DNA of 64,000 bases from a virus (Duplodnaviria > Caudoviricetes). The notes below the pieces were generated by a model. It did no database searches, had not been told where the DNA came from, and was given only the letters and a program-made list of their open reading frames with translations. A program made the position numbers and the translations under genes. Shown here piece by piece: positions 48,160 to 59,496 of the stretch; the first letter of the stretch is position 1, and every line of letters begins with the position of its first letter. The DNA is taken from positions 128,001-192,000 of IMG/VR virus record IMGVR_UViG_3300029305_003178, one strand, 5' to 3'.

Positions 48160-49641
48160 TTACAATCGAACCCATCTCATAATTGAGTTCCTTACACCTT
48201 CAATAATAGTACCATGTATATATTGGTTAGCCATGTCATAAGGTGCACTAGTCACTGTAGAATAAATAGTTTTAAGTTTCAACCATAAATGAGGTTCTAA
48301 AATATCAACTGCACAAGTTGTTGCTAAGAATGTTATTAAACCATCATTCTGTAAAAATTTTAATGGCTGAACAGCACTTGTCATCATTAAATTATCATAC
48401 AAATCAGATATTTCTAACGATACTTTACATTTATTAGGTAAACTATTTACGTTCCATGTTCCATCACCACCAATATCAACATTGATGCTACTAACAATAC
48501 CAAGGTCAATACCCATTCTACCTTTCATACTACACTGAACTAAGAATGGTGTTGTGAACGAGTTTGCACTAACTTGTCTAGGTAATCCTAATGCCAAAAT
48601 ATGCATTAGTGGCATTAATATATTCAAAAATACTGATTCCGGATCACCATATGGGGAATCTAATTCTATAGTAAAACTATAACTATTTCTATGAGATGAG
48701 TCACCCCATATTTCTGGAAACATGATGTTACTACCTTGCACTACTTGTTGTGTCAGACCAATAATTTTAGATAAGTTATTAGTGCCATCACCTTTCAATG
48801 CATTACTAGCGGTACCAGTCATACTACCAAGTGTTGTACCGAGAGTATTAGCCATATCACCAACAAACGATCCACCACCGATTAAATTGATTTCTTTCCA
48901 TAATGCTTCGGCAGTATCAAATAACCCAGCTACTTTAGATTCAGATGTTGTATTACTAAAACTTTTATTAACAGATTCTGCACCATTAACATAGAATTTA
49001 ATAATTTTAGCATCACCAATCAGATTATCAGAAATGGCTGATGCCATTGAACTCATACTATCGGAAATAGCATCCCACATACCATATTTAGAATCTTTAC
49101 TACGATTTGTTTTATTTGTTAAAATATTTTTATAGTTAGCCCAATTAAATTTACCATAAGTACTATTTGTCCCTGGAACCGTATTGCGATCTATACCTAA
49201 GTACATTGCAGATACTCTACAAAGCATATTAACATATGACATATACCATGTGTATGTTGGAGTTAATGTATAATATCTACCCTCTATATCTGCAACATCT
49301 TTTAATGTTGCTGCAGTTTGCTGATTACCTGCCATTGCAGCATCGATATATGCAGCTAATGAACCTTTCTGATCTTCCGTTAATGCATTAAAATAATTAC
49401 TAACACCAGGAATAACAGACAATATTGGAGCTTCAGCAATCATATTCTCAAGAAATAGTCTACCAGCACGTATATCATTGTATGGTCTAATATCTGTTGT
49501 ATCCAAATATTGAAAAGGTAAACCTATAATTCTATTTGATGTTGCAACAGCACTTTTACTACGTTCCGATGACTGCTGCATTAATATTATTTTATTTAGT
49601 TTCTCATCTTCGAGATCTGCAGTATTTAAATATTCCGCCAT
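48160..49641 (-). CDS. Late tail/baseplate structural protein
   Basis: 493 aa next to the tape measure; FPEIWGDS..YSFTIELDSPYGD..PFLV pattern; late motif at 49662-49673. Confidence 0.55.
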   Translation of the reverse strand: MAEYLNTADLEDEKLNKIILMQQSSERSKSAVATSNRIIGLPFQYLDTTDIRPYNDIRAGRLFLENMIAEAPILSVIPGVSNYFNALTEDQKGSLAAYIDAAMAGNQQTAATLKDVADIEGRYYTLTPTYTWYMSYVNMLCRVSAMYLGIDRNTVPGTNSTYGKFNWANYKNILTNKTNRSKDSKYGMWDAISDSMSSMASAISDNLIGDAKIIKFYVNGAESVNKSFSNTTSESKVAGLFDTAEALWKEINLIGGGSFVGDMANTLGTTLGSMTGTASNALKGDGTNNLSKIIGLTQQVVQGSNIMFPEIWGDSSHRNSYSFTIELDSPYGDPESVFLNILMPLMHILALGLPRQVSANSFTTPFLVQCSMKGRMGIDLGIVSSINVDIGGDGTWNVNSLPNKCKVSLEISDLYDNLMMTSAVQPLKFLQNDGLITFLATTCAVDILEPHLWLKLKTIYSTVTSAPYDMANQYIHGTIIEGVRNSIMRWVRL

Positions 49642-49739
49642 ATATAAACACTTCCTTTCATTACATATTTGTTTTTCAGCATTTCTTATATAAAAATAGA
49701 GATACTTAAGATATGATAATCTTAAGTATCTCTTATTAA

Positions 49740-52700
49740 TTAATGTATTCCTTGTGCCACAGCTTTTGCTATAGCATATTTAGATTTAGTTTGTTCTTCC
49801 CTTCTTTGTTTAGCTATATCAAACATAGGATTCGAAGATACATTATTCGTATTAGCTACAACTGCAGTAGGAGCATTTTCTTTACTAGCAATTTTAGCTG
49901 TATTATCTGTTGTATTTCGTGTATTTGTAGCAATTTCTGTTAAAAGTGTTACAATCTTAACGATATTATCAACTACTGTAGTATCTGTACCAGATGTTTT
50001 TGCTGTAGCAGCTACAGTTTCAATAACATCACCTATACCACCAATACCATTATTAGCAAATTTATCTTTAAATAAGTCTTTAGGAGCAGTCATTACAAAT
50101 TTAGAATCTGGAATTCTACTTCCCACTTTAACCATTTGACCATCTAAGCCGCCTTGATTATGTGAAGCTTTTCTAGAATCATTATCATAAATTGTTCCAG
50201 TCTTAGAATATTTCTGATAATATCCTCTAGCGGCTTCAAGTCGTCTATCCATATGAGGTTTACCAGCTCGCTCAAAAGCACCTTCAAACTGTCTAGTGGC
50301 CATATCAACATCTGTAGAGCGTTTCCATTCAGCATATGTTGTAGGGACAGCACCAGCATTTGTAAGTGTTGAACCTGCTATATTTCCACCATATTTTATA
50401 TCATTTTTAAAATAGTAATCTAATGAACCTAATTCATTATGAATAAATTCTAACTGAGAACCAAGGTCTGTCCAATCTTTACCTTTCTTCTTAGCATAAT
50501 TACTCATATTTAACCATCTGCCAGCTTTATTTTTATAGCTTTCCCATTGTGCTATACCTGCGGCATGACCAGACCCATGTTGAATTGCAGCAGGGTTCAT
50601 ACCAGATTCAGCATAAAGGTTGCCCATAATACCAGCAGTAGCCTCTTTTGAATAACCATTCTGTGTGAAGAATTGCCATACCTTATCAGGTGTTTCCCCA
50701 TCAGGGAGATTTGTATTAATTGCTGTACTAACACCATCTGCTGATATAGATGTAGCATCTGCAGTAGTAGGTGCCGCTAAACCAGCCTGCGCTAGTACAT
50801 TATTCAATGTACTAGACATTACGTCTATAACAGTACTCATTCCAGTATCTACGCCTGTTGATGGATTAACTGTTGCAAATTCATCATCAGTATTTTCAGC
50901 TAATGCTAAATCAGGATTACCACTATCAAATCCTTCAATATATTTATTAGGATCTACATAATTACCATATTTTGATCCCATTACACTATAGTGTAAATGT
51001 GATCCAGTCGATCTACCGGTACTACCTTCTCTACCGATAGTATCACCTAATTCTACAGTATCTCCCTCTTTAACATCTATGCTATTCATATGAGCATAAA
51101 GATGGAGTTTACCATATTTATCTTTAACTATAACATTATTACCATAACCTCTACCTTTACCGCTAGGGGCATCATTTGTTGCTGGATCAATATGATTTGC
51201 TGCGATTACAGTTCCTGGAACAAATGCAGCAATTCTAGAACCTAATCCTCTAGCCATATCTACACCTTCATGACCACTAGGTTTGCCAGTAAAGGGGTCA
51301 TTACGGAAACCAAAATCAGATGTTAAGTGTTTTCTATAATTTTGATATTGAGATAATACTGCACCGCCTTGATGTTTTTTAGCAAATTTATTATATTCAG
51401 AATCAAAATCATCTAAGCTTATATCTTCTCTACCACCAAAATTAAATTTACTAGTAACCCAGTTCCAAACTTTAGAACCTGTTTTTTTAGCACCATCTAT
51501 AAAACCTGAAAAAGAGTCACCAATTTTTTCTACACCACCATTGAATTTTTCACCAATTCCAGTAAATAAATCAACTATAGGATCCCAGAAATCAGCAATT
51601 TTCTTTTCAACGTTAGTTTTAAATGTTTCCCATTTAGTTTGTATTTCTACAAATTTGTCATCTAAAGATTTAAATGCATTAGTAATAAAATCACCAGCAG
51701 TACCAGTAATATCAGAGAACCATTTACCTACAGAACCTAATGCTCTACCAACAACACTTGTAGTTTCAGTATTCTGTGTAATTGAATCATCCGCTCTACG
51801 AAGTACATCCATAAATCCAGGATCATTTCTAAGACTTTCATCTTCAACAAGCATTTGTTCTAACATAGCTTTTGTAGATTTAGCCTGAGCAAGTTTTTCT
51901 TCATCACCTTTACCACCAAATAACCATTTCTTAGCTTTAGATGCACCATCAACAACTTTTCCAAAGAATCCTTTGTTTTGCATATCATTGAATGCATCTT
52001 TACTATAATTACTTTGTGATGTAAGTGATGATATATCTGTATTAAGTTCATTCATAAACTCAGCATTATCTTTCAAACTAGGATCAGCTTTAAGCTGAGC
52101 TTGTTTTTCCCTAACTCTAGCAAAAGTAGCTCTATCTTCATCCGTACCAGATGCTGCAACTTGCACCATCACATCATCTTGATATTTAGAATTAAATTTC
52201 TGTTGAGCTACACTTATTGAAGGGTCATCTTCATCTGCTAAGCCAGAATATAACAATTCAGCAATAGTCTTAATAAAATCAAAACCGATTAAAGATTTAG
52301 TAATTTCATTAATCAATGCCACTAAACTACCCCATGATGAAGATGTGATACCTTTAACAATAGCAGAAACTGCTCTCATTTTCATTGTAACATCTTCCTG
52401 AGATACTTCAAATAAATTAGCTGCTTCAGATTTTGTTATACCTGTTGCAACACCATACGCCATAAATGCTATATCACCATAGATCATTAAGAATTTAGCT
52501 GAAGTTGCAGCTATTTTACCACTAAATTTAGCAAGTTTAACAGGATTCATAATACTAAGAATCTTACTAACTATAGATTTAAGTGTACTAAGGTGTTTAC
52601 CTTTAATATATTTACTCAAATATTTCTCTATAGATTTCATTACACTCTTAGCTGCATTAATGAATTTTGTTATAGTTGTTTCTTTAGCACCGGCTGTACC

Positions 52701-55700
52701 AGTAACTGCATTCTTAATACTATCTATTTTACCAACTACAGCATTTTTAATTTTCTGAGTTAATGGAACTCTTGTTGCGGCAGTTACACCTTCATCAGCT
52801 ACACTAACTGCAGATTGTCTAGCTTCACTAAGTATCTGTCTATCAGCTTTAAATCTAGTGAAAGCTTTATATTTATCACCAGCAATTCTAGCAGCATTTG
52901 TGACACCAGCAACGCCAGTTGCCTCCATAGCATCATAGTTTACTGATGTTGTGCCAGTTGCATCAGTTCTATCACCATCGTCGTCTTTAAGACCAAAAAT
53001 TTCTTTAATCTTACCAGACATCATATTTACAAGATTAGTAACAGCATCTCCAACTACCACACTTATATTAGTTATAGGATCTTTAAAGAATTTAAGTAAG
53101 AATGGAATAGCTAAAATGAGACCAGTTGTAATTAAACCTTTCTTACCAAAGATAGAAGCCCAGTTAAATTTATGCTCTTTACCATCATCCCTGATATCTT
53201 TAACGAAATTCTTCATTGTATTAAAGAATCCTGTACGTTCTTTTCTATCAGCTAACTCTGATGATATCTGTCTGTTATTAGCTAAATTCTGACTTCTTGC
53301 TTTAGCAATACTTTCAGCCATTTGCTGTTCTTTCTTAGCTTTAGCTTCTTCTTTTTTCTTTTTCTCAGCTTCTTCTTTATCATCATTTGTATCAAATACT
53401 TCTTGACCTTTAGTAACAGCTTTAGCTAATGTATCTACAGGAGCTTCAAGATCAGAAGAAATATCTTTCTTAGAATCAGATCTAACCAACTCTATTAATT
53501 TATCGAGTCTCTGATGTATACCATCATCATGTGTAAAAATAGAGCCTTTTTCACTACCAAGATCAGCTAAAGTTTTAACAGATTTTCTTGTTTCTTCAGC
53601 TATTTCCACATCATTTTCTAACATTGCTGTCACATCTGATGTTTTTTGAGATATAGTATCGAGATTTTCATGATTGTCTCTATCCATCTTAACTCTACTT
53701 TTTTCTATAGAATCTGCATTTGTATATGCTTTACCATATTCATTTTTAAGAGCTTTTTCTTCTTCTTTTCGTTTAGCTCTTTCCAATTTTCTCTGTTCTT
53801 TAGAACTTAATTCTGATGTAACATCTTTATTATATTTATTTTTCTTAGCTTCTGCTTGTTTATTTCTAAGATTTTCTTCATCTTGATCAAGGAATGCATT
53901 TCTAACATCACTACGATATTCCGAATCTGATATAAGTTTATTCTTTTTATCGAGCATTTCTTTAGCATATCCTGCACCTTCAGGTGAATACTGCATGCTT
54001 CGTCTAGTTGCACCAGGTAAGTAAGATGCAGCAAGCATTTTAAGAAGTTCACCACTAGATTCATACTCACCGTCTCTTATTCTATCAAGAATATTTTCAT
54101 CGGCACCTTTTCTAGCAGCTCTATCTCTTAAAGAACCTCTAGCCATACCCATTAACTGGAATGGTAATGCGATTGCTTTAAATGGTGTTGTTATTGCAGC
54201 TGATACCATTTTAAGTGTTAATTTACCAAAGCCCATCATTGCTTTACCAAGCAATCCAAATGTACCTTGAATCAGTTTCTTAGTAAACCCAAATAAATCA
54301 GATACGCCATTTCTAATAAATGTGAATGCTGGTTTAACTACACCTTGTACAATAGGATTATCGACTAATCTTCGCTTAATTTCATCTTTAATTAATCCTC
54401 TATAATGTGTCAAACCTTCTTTAATATGTCTTTGATATAATCTTTCAGAAACAGAAGATAATATTTTTACAGGGAATTCAAGTACTTTACCAAATACACT
54501 AGCAGTTTTTTCTATCATGAACTTACTAACAGATTTGAATAAAGGAATTGGATTAAGTTTTTTAACAAAATCTTTTAATACTTGCAAACCTGGAAGATTA
54601 GCAATAGTATCTTTAACAGTTTCACCAAGCTCTTTAAGTCTAATACCTATTCTAGAAAATTCTTCTTTAATAGGTACCATTGCAATACTAAATGGTGTAG
54701 CAATTTTCTCATCAAACCAGTTCTGTATATTGGTAGTCCATTTAGACATAGTAAATTTAAATGGTTCTAAAACTTCCATTTGTAAATAGTTGCCAAATCT
54801 ACCAAATATACCACCATCTTTAGTCACATTACCATTAGCATCAAACTCAGCTTTACCGAATAAGAAATCTTTCCATTTATCCGATGTTAATAAAATACCA
54901 GTTGCAGCACCAGTGATTGCAAGAGCCATTGGATTAATAGCTAAGCTACCTAATAAACCAAATGAACCCAATCCTTTACCGAGAATCATACCACCAATGC
55001 CACCAACAGCACCAGCACCAAATTTAAGTTTATGGGCTGTCATGAATGATTTACCAAGTTCTGCACCTGCTTTAACTATACCTGCATTACCAACAGTTTC
55101 TTTAGCACCAAAGAGCATATTTTTAAATGACTCTGATCTAAGAAGTAATGCTGTAGCAATACCTGTTAATGCACCTGTGATTGGTCCACCTAAAATAAAT
55201 GAAGGTAAAATACCAAAGCCTAAACCACCAGAAATAGCACCAATAGTACCACCACCGATAATATTAACTTTGTTAGCTGCCAAGAAGTCTTGTGCACCTT
55301 TACTAATAAATCCACCTATTCTAGCATTAGTTTTAGCATCCATTGGACCAAATAACCAATCTTTGAATCTTTCAGACTGTGATAAGAAACCACCTGTGAT
55401 ACCCAATACTGCACCAGACATAGGGCCTAAGAACATGGAACCTAAAATACCAAATCCACCAGCACTAGCTAGTAAACCAGCACCACCAGCAAGTAAACCT
55501 ACTGCCAATGCTTTAGGTAATGCGTTCTTAACTTTTTCAGTAAAGTCACCGACATTAAACGCAGATACTTTTTCTCCAGCTTTATCTTTCATACCAAATA
55601 TAGCATCTAACCATACTTGGCCACCTTCATATAAAGTATCTTTAATATTTCCTAAAAATCCTTTACCTTTATCTTTAAGACCTTCTTTATCATTAGTGCC

Positions 55701-58361
55701 GAAAATATATTCTGCCATAGTATCTTTAAAACTTATAAGATGTTTTTTAAAGATACCAAAAACACTATTTTCTTTATCACCCTTAATTTCATTACCATCT
55801 TTATCTTTAAAATCTTTACCAGTGAAGTAACTTATAAAACGATTACCCATTTCTTTCATATTATTAAATACGTCGGAGAATAAGCCACCTTCTCTATAAC
55901 CTCCCTCACCTTCACCTTTTTTACCAAAAGTAAAATCGAATCCTTTACCAAAGATTTCTTTAAATTTTTCCCATTGTTTACTATTCTGAATTTTAGTAAT
56001 CAGGCCCTCTTCACCAAAGAGTTTTTCATCAGCTTTAGTTAAGAAAGAATCTAATTTGCCTCTAATCCAATCCATACCATCACCGAATTTATCACCAATG
56101 AACTCAAATATGGATTTAGGATCTTTATCAGTTCTAGTTTTACTAGGGAAAATAATATTAAATAAACCTTCATCAAGCTTATCAATAAATTTTTCAGCTA
56201 TTTTTGCAGGAGCTTGTAACAGTCCATGAATATGTTGAAAAATGCTTTTTTTCTCAATAACATCTTTTTTAGAATTAATAAATCCTTCCACAGACTTATC
56301 ATCTGTTGGAGTAAAGTTTATTGTTTTCTTCTCATATTCAGCGATTCTTTCACGAAGTTCATCTTCATCCATATTATAAAGATCATCAAGACTTTCAACA
56401 GATGTAATACCTCGTTCTTCGTTAGTTTTTTTAGCAAGTTCACGATCTTTTTTAAGTTGCTCCTGCCAATCTCTATATTTCTTTTTCTCATCATCTGTCA
56501 TATCTGCATACTCTTTTGTTTTCCATGTATCTAATGACGATGATAAAGAATATCCAGAACTAGATCTATCTTTATAAAGTTCATTATGAACCATAGATCC
56601 ATCATTATTAATTTGAGCATCTCTAAAGAAATCTGTTCTAGCCTCTCTAGCCTCAAATTTATCTCTACCAAACAGATTCATCAGTTCATTACGTTTTAAT
56701 AAACTTAAAGTAGTTCTAAATAACTTCTGTTCATCATCTGTCAAGTCATCGAATACTTCAGCAAGAGAGTTTTTAGTATCAGGATCATCTGGATCAAAAT
56801 CTCTAGGATTTATAAACATATCAGAATTAGTATATCTTAAAAATCCCTTTCTGATTTTATCCTTTAATGGATCTAATGCATTATCATTACCTTCAACCTT
56901 ACCAAAATTCAGTAAATCAAATACTTTATCTAATCCTTCATAAGACGATAAAATAGTTCTTTTACGATCTTCTTCAAATCTTTCTGTTAATGCATCTACT
57001 GTAGTAAATACGCCACGATTATAATCAAATGTTAATCGTTCAGTATCACCATTTAAAGCACTTAAGATTTTACTTAAATAACCAGGAATTACTTCAACGA
57101 TAGATTTTCTTGTTATACCGTCAAAATCAACTTTCCCTCTTTCGAAATCTGCCGTATTTACCATGGTTTTAATCTCTTGATTATACCCAAAGATTTCACC
57201 AAGAGTTTGTAATAAAATATTTGAACTTCCTTTAAGTCCATCAACCTTACCAAGCAATGCAGGGAAGAATGCACCTAAAGTTTTATCAAATGCTCCTGCA
57301 GTACTACGCAAATTTTTAGGAAGAATTGATGACATCAACATTCTCGGAATAAATGCTAATGGATTAGCAGCCAGCTGCTCAAAACCACCACTTTCCTTAA
57401 ACATGCTTAAACTACTTAACAGGAAGTTATTACTTGTCCATCGTTTAGTATTTCGTCGTACCATATCGGCGTAACCCTTAATATTAATAGCACCTGTGCT
57501 ATAATCATAAGGATCATCGTACATTGGTCCATCATCAATATCTTCTTTTTCAGCATTAAATTTACGTAATTCTTCTAATACATCACGTTTTAAAGTTAAT
57601 GCTTCTTCATAATATGCTAATGATGCAGAAGTAAACTTAGAAATAGTATCACCATTGAATTCAAGTAATCTACCTAAGTTTTCATTAATTACACCTAAAT
57701 GCTCACCAATACCATAAATCATTTTCTGATTTATAGCCAATGACGCACCATGTAATTTAATATCTCTATTAGCAGTATCTTTTGCTATATTAACCATTAA
57801 GTCAGTCTGTGAAGAAACAGCTCTGACCATTGGATTATCACCATTAATATTACTAGATAAACTAATTTTTGGAGTAACACTTACATTAACTTCAGGTCTT
57901 TCAGAATCATCATCATAACCAGAAGATTCGATATCTTCATCAATATCAAAATCATCCATAGACCAATTATCGTCATTATCAAGGTCATCCATATTAAAAT
58001 CGTCCATACCCATGCTTTTAGCCATAATAGCATCAGCACGTTCTTTATTATAAAATTTACCTGATTTTAGGTCTTCTTTAATATTAGCTTTTGCTGCAGA
58101 TCCATAGATCAGATAGTCATCTATACTATCACCGACCATTTTACGTAAAACTGCATTCATATTTCTTTGTTTAGAAACTGCTTTAATATCAGCTATAGTT
58201 TCTTTAACATAAGATGCATTACTTTTAAAAGTATCTGTTGTTGCAGGCATTACGTCATGCATAACATCGGCTGCTGCATATCCTAGTGACTTAGCCACAT
58301 TAGCAAACCATCTATTATCAGATAATGTTTTTTTATTAACCTTTGATGGAGTCTTAGCCAT
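49740..58361 (-). CDS. Tape measure protein with C-terminal M23 peptidase and phage tail lysozyme domains
   Basis: 2873 aa, helical with Gly-rich hydrophobic blocks; M23 HEGVD..YAHM..STGSHLHY; lysozyme GYSKEATAGIMGNLYAESG..GIAQW..FERAG; late motif at 58390-58401. Confidence 0.85.
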   Translation of the reverse strand: MAKTPSKVNKKTLSDNRWFANVAKSLGYAAADVMHDVMPATTDTFKSNASYVKETIADIKAVSKQRNMNAVLRKMVGDSIDDYLIYGSAAKANIKEDLKSGKFYNKERADAIMAKSMGMDDFNMDDLDNDDNWSMDDFDIDEDIESSGYDDDSERPEVNVSVTPKISLSSNINGDNPMVRAVSSQTDLMVNIAKDTANRDIKLHGASLAINQKMIYGIGEHLGVINENLGRLLEFNGDTISKFTSASLAYYEEALTLKRDVLEELRKFNAEKEDIDDGPMYDDPYDYSTGAINIKGYADMVRRNTKRWTSNNFLLSSLSMFKESGGFEQLAANPLAFIPRMLMSSILPKNLRSTAGAFDKTLGAFFPALLGKVDGLKGSSNILLQTLGEIFGYNQEIKTMVNTADFERGKVDFDGITRKSIVEVIPGYLSKILSALNGDTERLTFDYNRGVFTTVDALTERFEEDRKRTILSSYEGLDKVFDLLNFGKVEGNDNALDPLKDKIRKGFLRYTNSDMFINPRDFDPDDPDTKNSLAEVFDDLTDDEQKLFRTTLSLLKRNELMNLFGRDKFEAREARTDFFRDAQINNDGSMVHNELYKDRSSSGYSLSSSLDTWKTKEYADMTDDEKKKYRDWQEQLKKDRELAKKTNEERGITSVESLDDLYNMDEDELRERIAEYEKKTINFTPTDDKSVEGFINSKKDVIEKKSIFQHIHGLLQAPAKIAEKFIDKLDEGLFNIIFPSKTRTDKDPKSIFEFIGDKFGDGMDWIRGKLDSFLTKADEKLFGEEGLITKIQNSKQWEKFKEIFGKGFDFTFGKKGEGEGGYREGGLFSDVFNNMKEMGNRFISYFTGKDFKDKDGNEIKGDKENSVFGIFKKHLISFKDTMAEYIFGTNDKEGLKDKGKGFLGNIKDTLYEGGQVWLDAIFGMKDKAGEKVSAFNVGDFTEKVKNALPKALAVGLLAGGAGLLASAGGFGILGSMFLGPMSGAVLGITGGFLSQSERFKDWLFGPMDAKTNARIGGFISKGAQDFLAANKVNIIGGGTIGAISGGLGFGILPSFILGGPITGALTGIATALLLRSESFKNMLFGAKETVGNAGIVKAGAELGKSFMTAHKLKFGAGAVGGIGGMILGKGLGSFGLLGSLAINPMALAITGAATGILLTSDKWKDFLFGKAEFDANGNVTKDGGIFGRFGNYLQMEVLEPFKFTMSKWTTNIQNWFDEKIATPFSIAMVPIKEEFSRIGIRLKELGETVKDTIANLPGLQVLKDFVKKLNPIPLFKSVSKFMIEKTASVFGKVLEFPVKILSSVSERLYQRHIKEGLTHYRGLIKDEIKRRLVDNPIVQGVVKPAFTFIRNGVSDLFGFTKKLIQGTFGLLGKAMMGFGKLTLKMVSAAITTPFKAIALPFQLMGMARGSLRDRAARKGADENILDRIRDGEYESSGELLKMLAASYLPGATRRSMQYSPEGAGYAKEMLDKKNKLISDSEYRSDVRNAFLDQDEENLRNKQAEAKKNKYNKDVTSELSSKEQRKLERAKRKEEEKALKNEYGKAYTNADSIEKSRVKMDRDNHENLDTISQKTSDVTAMLENDVEIAEETRKSVKTLADLGSEKGSIFTHDDGIHQRLDKLIELVRSDSKKDISSDLEAPVDTLAKAVTKGQEVFDTNDDKEEAEKKKKEEAKAKKEQQMAESIAKARSQNLANNRQISSELADRKERTGFFNTMKNFVKDIRDDGKEHKFNWASIFGKKGLITTGLILAIPFLLKFFKDPITNISVVVGDAVTNLVNMMSGKIKEIFGLKDDDGDRTDATGTTSVNYDAMEATGVAGVTNAARIAGDKYKAFTRFKADRQILSEARQSAVSVADEGVTAATRVPLTQKIKNAVVGKIDSIKNAVTGTAGAKETTITKFINAAKSVMKSIEKYLSKYIKGKHLSTLKSIVSKILSIMNPVKLAKFSGKIAATSAKFLMIYGDIAFMAYGVATGITKSEAANLFEVSQEDVTMKMRAVSAIVKGITSSSWGSLVALINEITKSLIGFDFIKTIAELLYSGLADEDDPSISVAQQKFNSKYQDDVMVQVAASGTDEDRATFARVREKQAQLKADPSLKDNAEFMNELNTDISSLTSQSNYSKDAFNDMQNKGFFGKVVDGASKAKKWLFGGKGDEEKLAQAKSTKAMLEQMLVEDESLRNDPGFMDVLRRADDSITQNTETTSVVGRALGSVGKWFSDITGTAGDFITNAFKSLDDKFVEIQTKWETFKTNVEKKIADFWDPIVDLFTGIGEKFNGGVEKIGDSFSGFIDGAKKTGSKVWNWVTSKFNFGGREDISLDDFDSEYNKFAKKHQGGAVLSQYQNYRKHLTSDFGFRNDPFTGKPSGHEGVDMARGLGSRIAAFVPGTVIAANHIDPATNDAPSGKGRGYGNNVIVKDKYGKLHLYAHMNSIDVKEGDTVELGDTIGREGSTGRSTGSHLHYSVMGSKYGNYVDPNKYIEGFDSGNPDLALAENTDDEFATVNPSTGVDTGMSTVIDVMSSTLNNVLAQAGLAAPTTADATSISADGVSTAINTNLPDGETPDKVWQFFTQNGYSKEATAGIMGNLYAESGMNPAAIQHGSGHAAGIAQWESYKNKAGRWLNMSNYAKKKGKDWTDLGSQLEFIHNELGSLDYYFKNDIKYGGNIAGSTLTNAGAVPTTYAEWKRSTDVDMATRQFEGAFERAGKPHMDRRLEAARGYYQKYSKTGTIYDNDSRKASHNQGGLDGQMVKVGSRIPDSKFVMTAPKDLFKDKFANNGIGGIGDVIETVAATAKTSGTDTTVVDNIVKIVTLLTEIATNTRNTTDNTAKIASKENAPTAVVANTNNVSSNPMFDIAKQRREEQTKSKYAIAKAVAQGIH

Positions 58362-58488
58362 ATCGATTAACTCCTTTCTTCAATAGTATTAAAGTAATGT
58401 TTTCATTAACCAATTTCAATGGATTTACTAAAAAGACAAAAAAAAAGACGTATAGGAAATTAATCCTATACGTCTAAAAATAATTCAA

Positions 58489-59046
58489 TTATTTATTTTT
58501 TACTTTTTCTTTACACCATTTAGGTGCTTTACCTTTGCATTCCAGTTTTTTGTGTTTCTTTGTTTTAACTGTGGATTCTGTCTGAGGTGTTGTATCACCG
58601 GGTTTACGAATAGATTTGTAAACTTTTTCAGAAGGACCAATATCAGCCAGTGTCAGAGAACCAACGAAATCAGGTCTAGGAACAAAGTCGAATTTCTTAT
58701 CGGCTTCGATATATTTATAAATGATTTCGGAAGCGATTTCATACATACCGCTAACATCTTTAATAGATACTGTCATGAATTTTTCAGCATCCTGAGCATC
58801 CATACCAACTGCAATAGCCAGTTTCTTCAGGCTTTCTCTGTACAGTTCAACAGGTTTAATTGTCTTTTCAACCATTACACCATTTTTGATAGATGCTGTT
58901 GTCATTTCATATTCTGTTTCATTCAGCAGTGCTTTCAGCATATCGTCAAAATCGGATCTGCTAAATGTTTTTTTCTTTTTACCATTAGGTGTTGTTTTCA
59001 CACCTTCTTTAATTTCATTCCATACTTCTGCAAATGTTTTACTCAT
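58489..59046 (-). CDS. Highly expressed basic protein, possibly DNA-binding
   Basis: 185 aa; Lys-rich termini; CTG-biased codons; AGGAGG RBS. Confidence 0.6.
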   Translation of the reverse strand: MSKTFAEVWNEIKEGVKTTPNGKKKKTFSRSDFDDMLKALLNETEYEMTTASIKNGVMVEKTIKPVELYRESLKKLAIAVGMDAQDAEKFMTVSIKDVSGMYEIASEIIYKYIEADKKFDFVPRPDFVGSLTLADIGPSEKVYKSIRKPGDTTPQTESTVKTKKHKKLECKGKAPKWCKEKVKNK

Positions 59047-59140
59047 TTTACTTACCTCCTATGATGTCTTATTAAATTATGTGTGTTAATAATTTACTTA
59101 ATAGTTTTCCCTATAATATTTTATTACACGGAAATTCCTA

Positions 59141-59410
59141 TTAGATAGAAATTGTGAATCCCATTGGTGCAGGAATCGTTGTTCCTGGAATGACTTTAAT
59201 AACATCTTCCTGATTACCAGAACCAATGATTTCAGTTGCATCAACATAATTATCATCGAAAAATGTTTCAAATGCATCAGAAGTTTCTTTCTTCTTGGAT
59301 TCTTTCTTTTTCATTTTCTTCTCATACTTTTCAATTTTCTTATCGATATGCTTAAATACTTTATCGATATTAAAATTATTTGGGTTAATATCCATATTAC
59401 TCACCTCCAA
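59141..59410 (-). CDS. Small hypothetical protein (start probably ATG 59395)
   Basis: GGAGGTGA RBS at ~59401-59408. Confidence 0.65.
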   Translation of the reverse strand: MEVSNMDINPNNFNIDKVFKHIDKKIEKYEKKMKKKESKKKETSDAFETFFDDNYVDATEIIGSGNQEDVIKVIPGTTIPAPMGFTISI

Positions 59411-59461
59411 TATTAATATGTATTATACCTATTACTCTCATTGTTAGAGCTTATTTAAAAA

Positions 59462-59496
59462 GTGAATATGAATAATACGAGATTATTCATATTCAC
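59462..59496 (-). terminator. Terminator downstream of the RNAP beta gene
   Basis: GTGAATATGAATAAT-acgag-ATTATTCATATTCAC, 15-bp stem with T5 on the minus strand. Confidence 0.65.

Noticed and set aside
54790-55830. 346-aa Pro-rich plus-strand ORF inside the tape measure gene
   Set aside because: Antisense mirror of the Gly-rich (GGT to ACC/CCA) segment of the tape measure.
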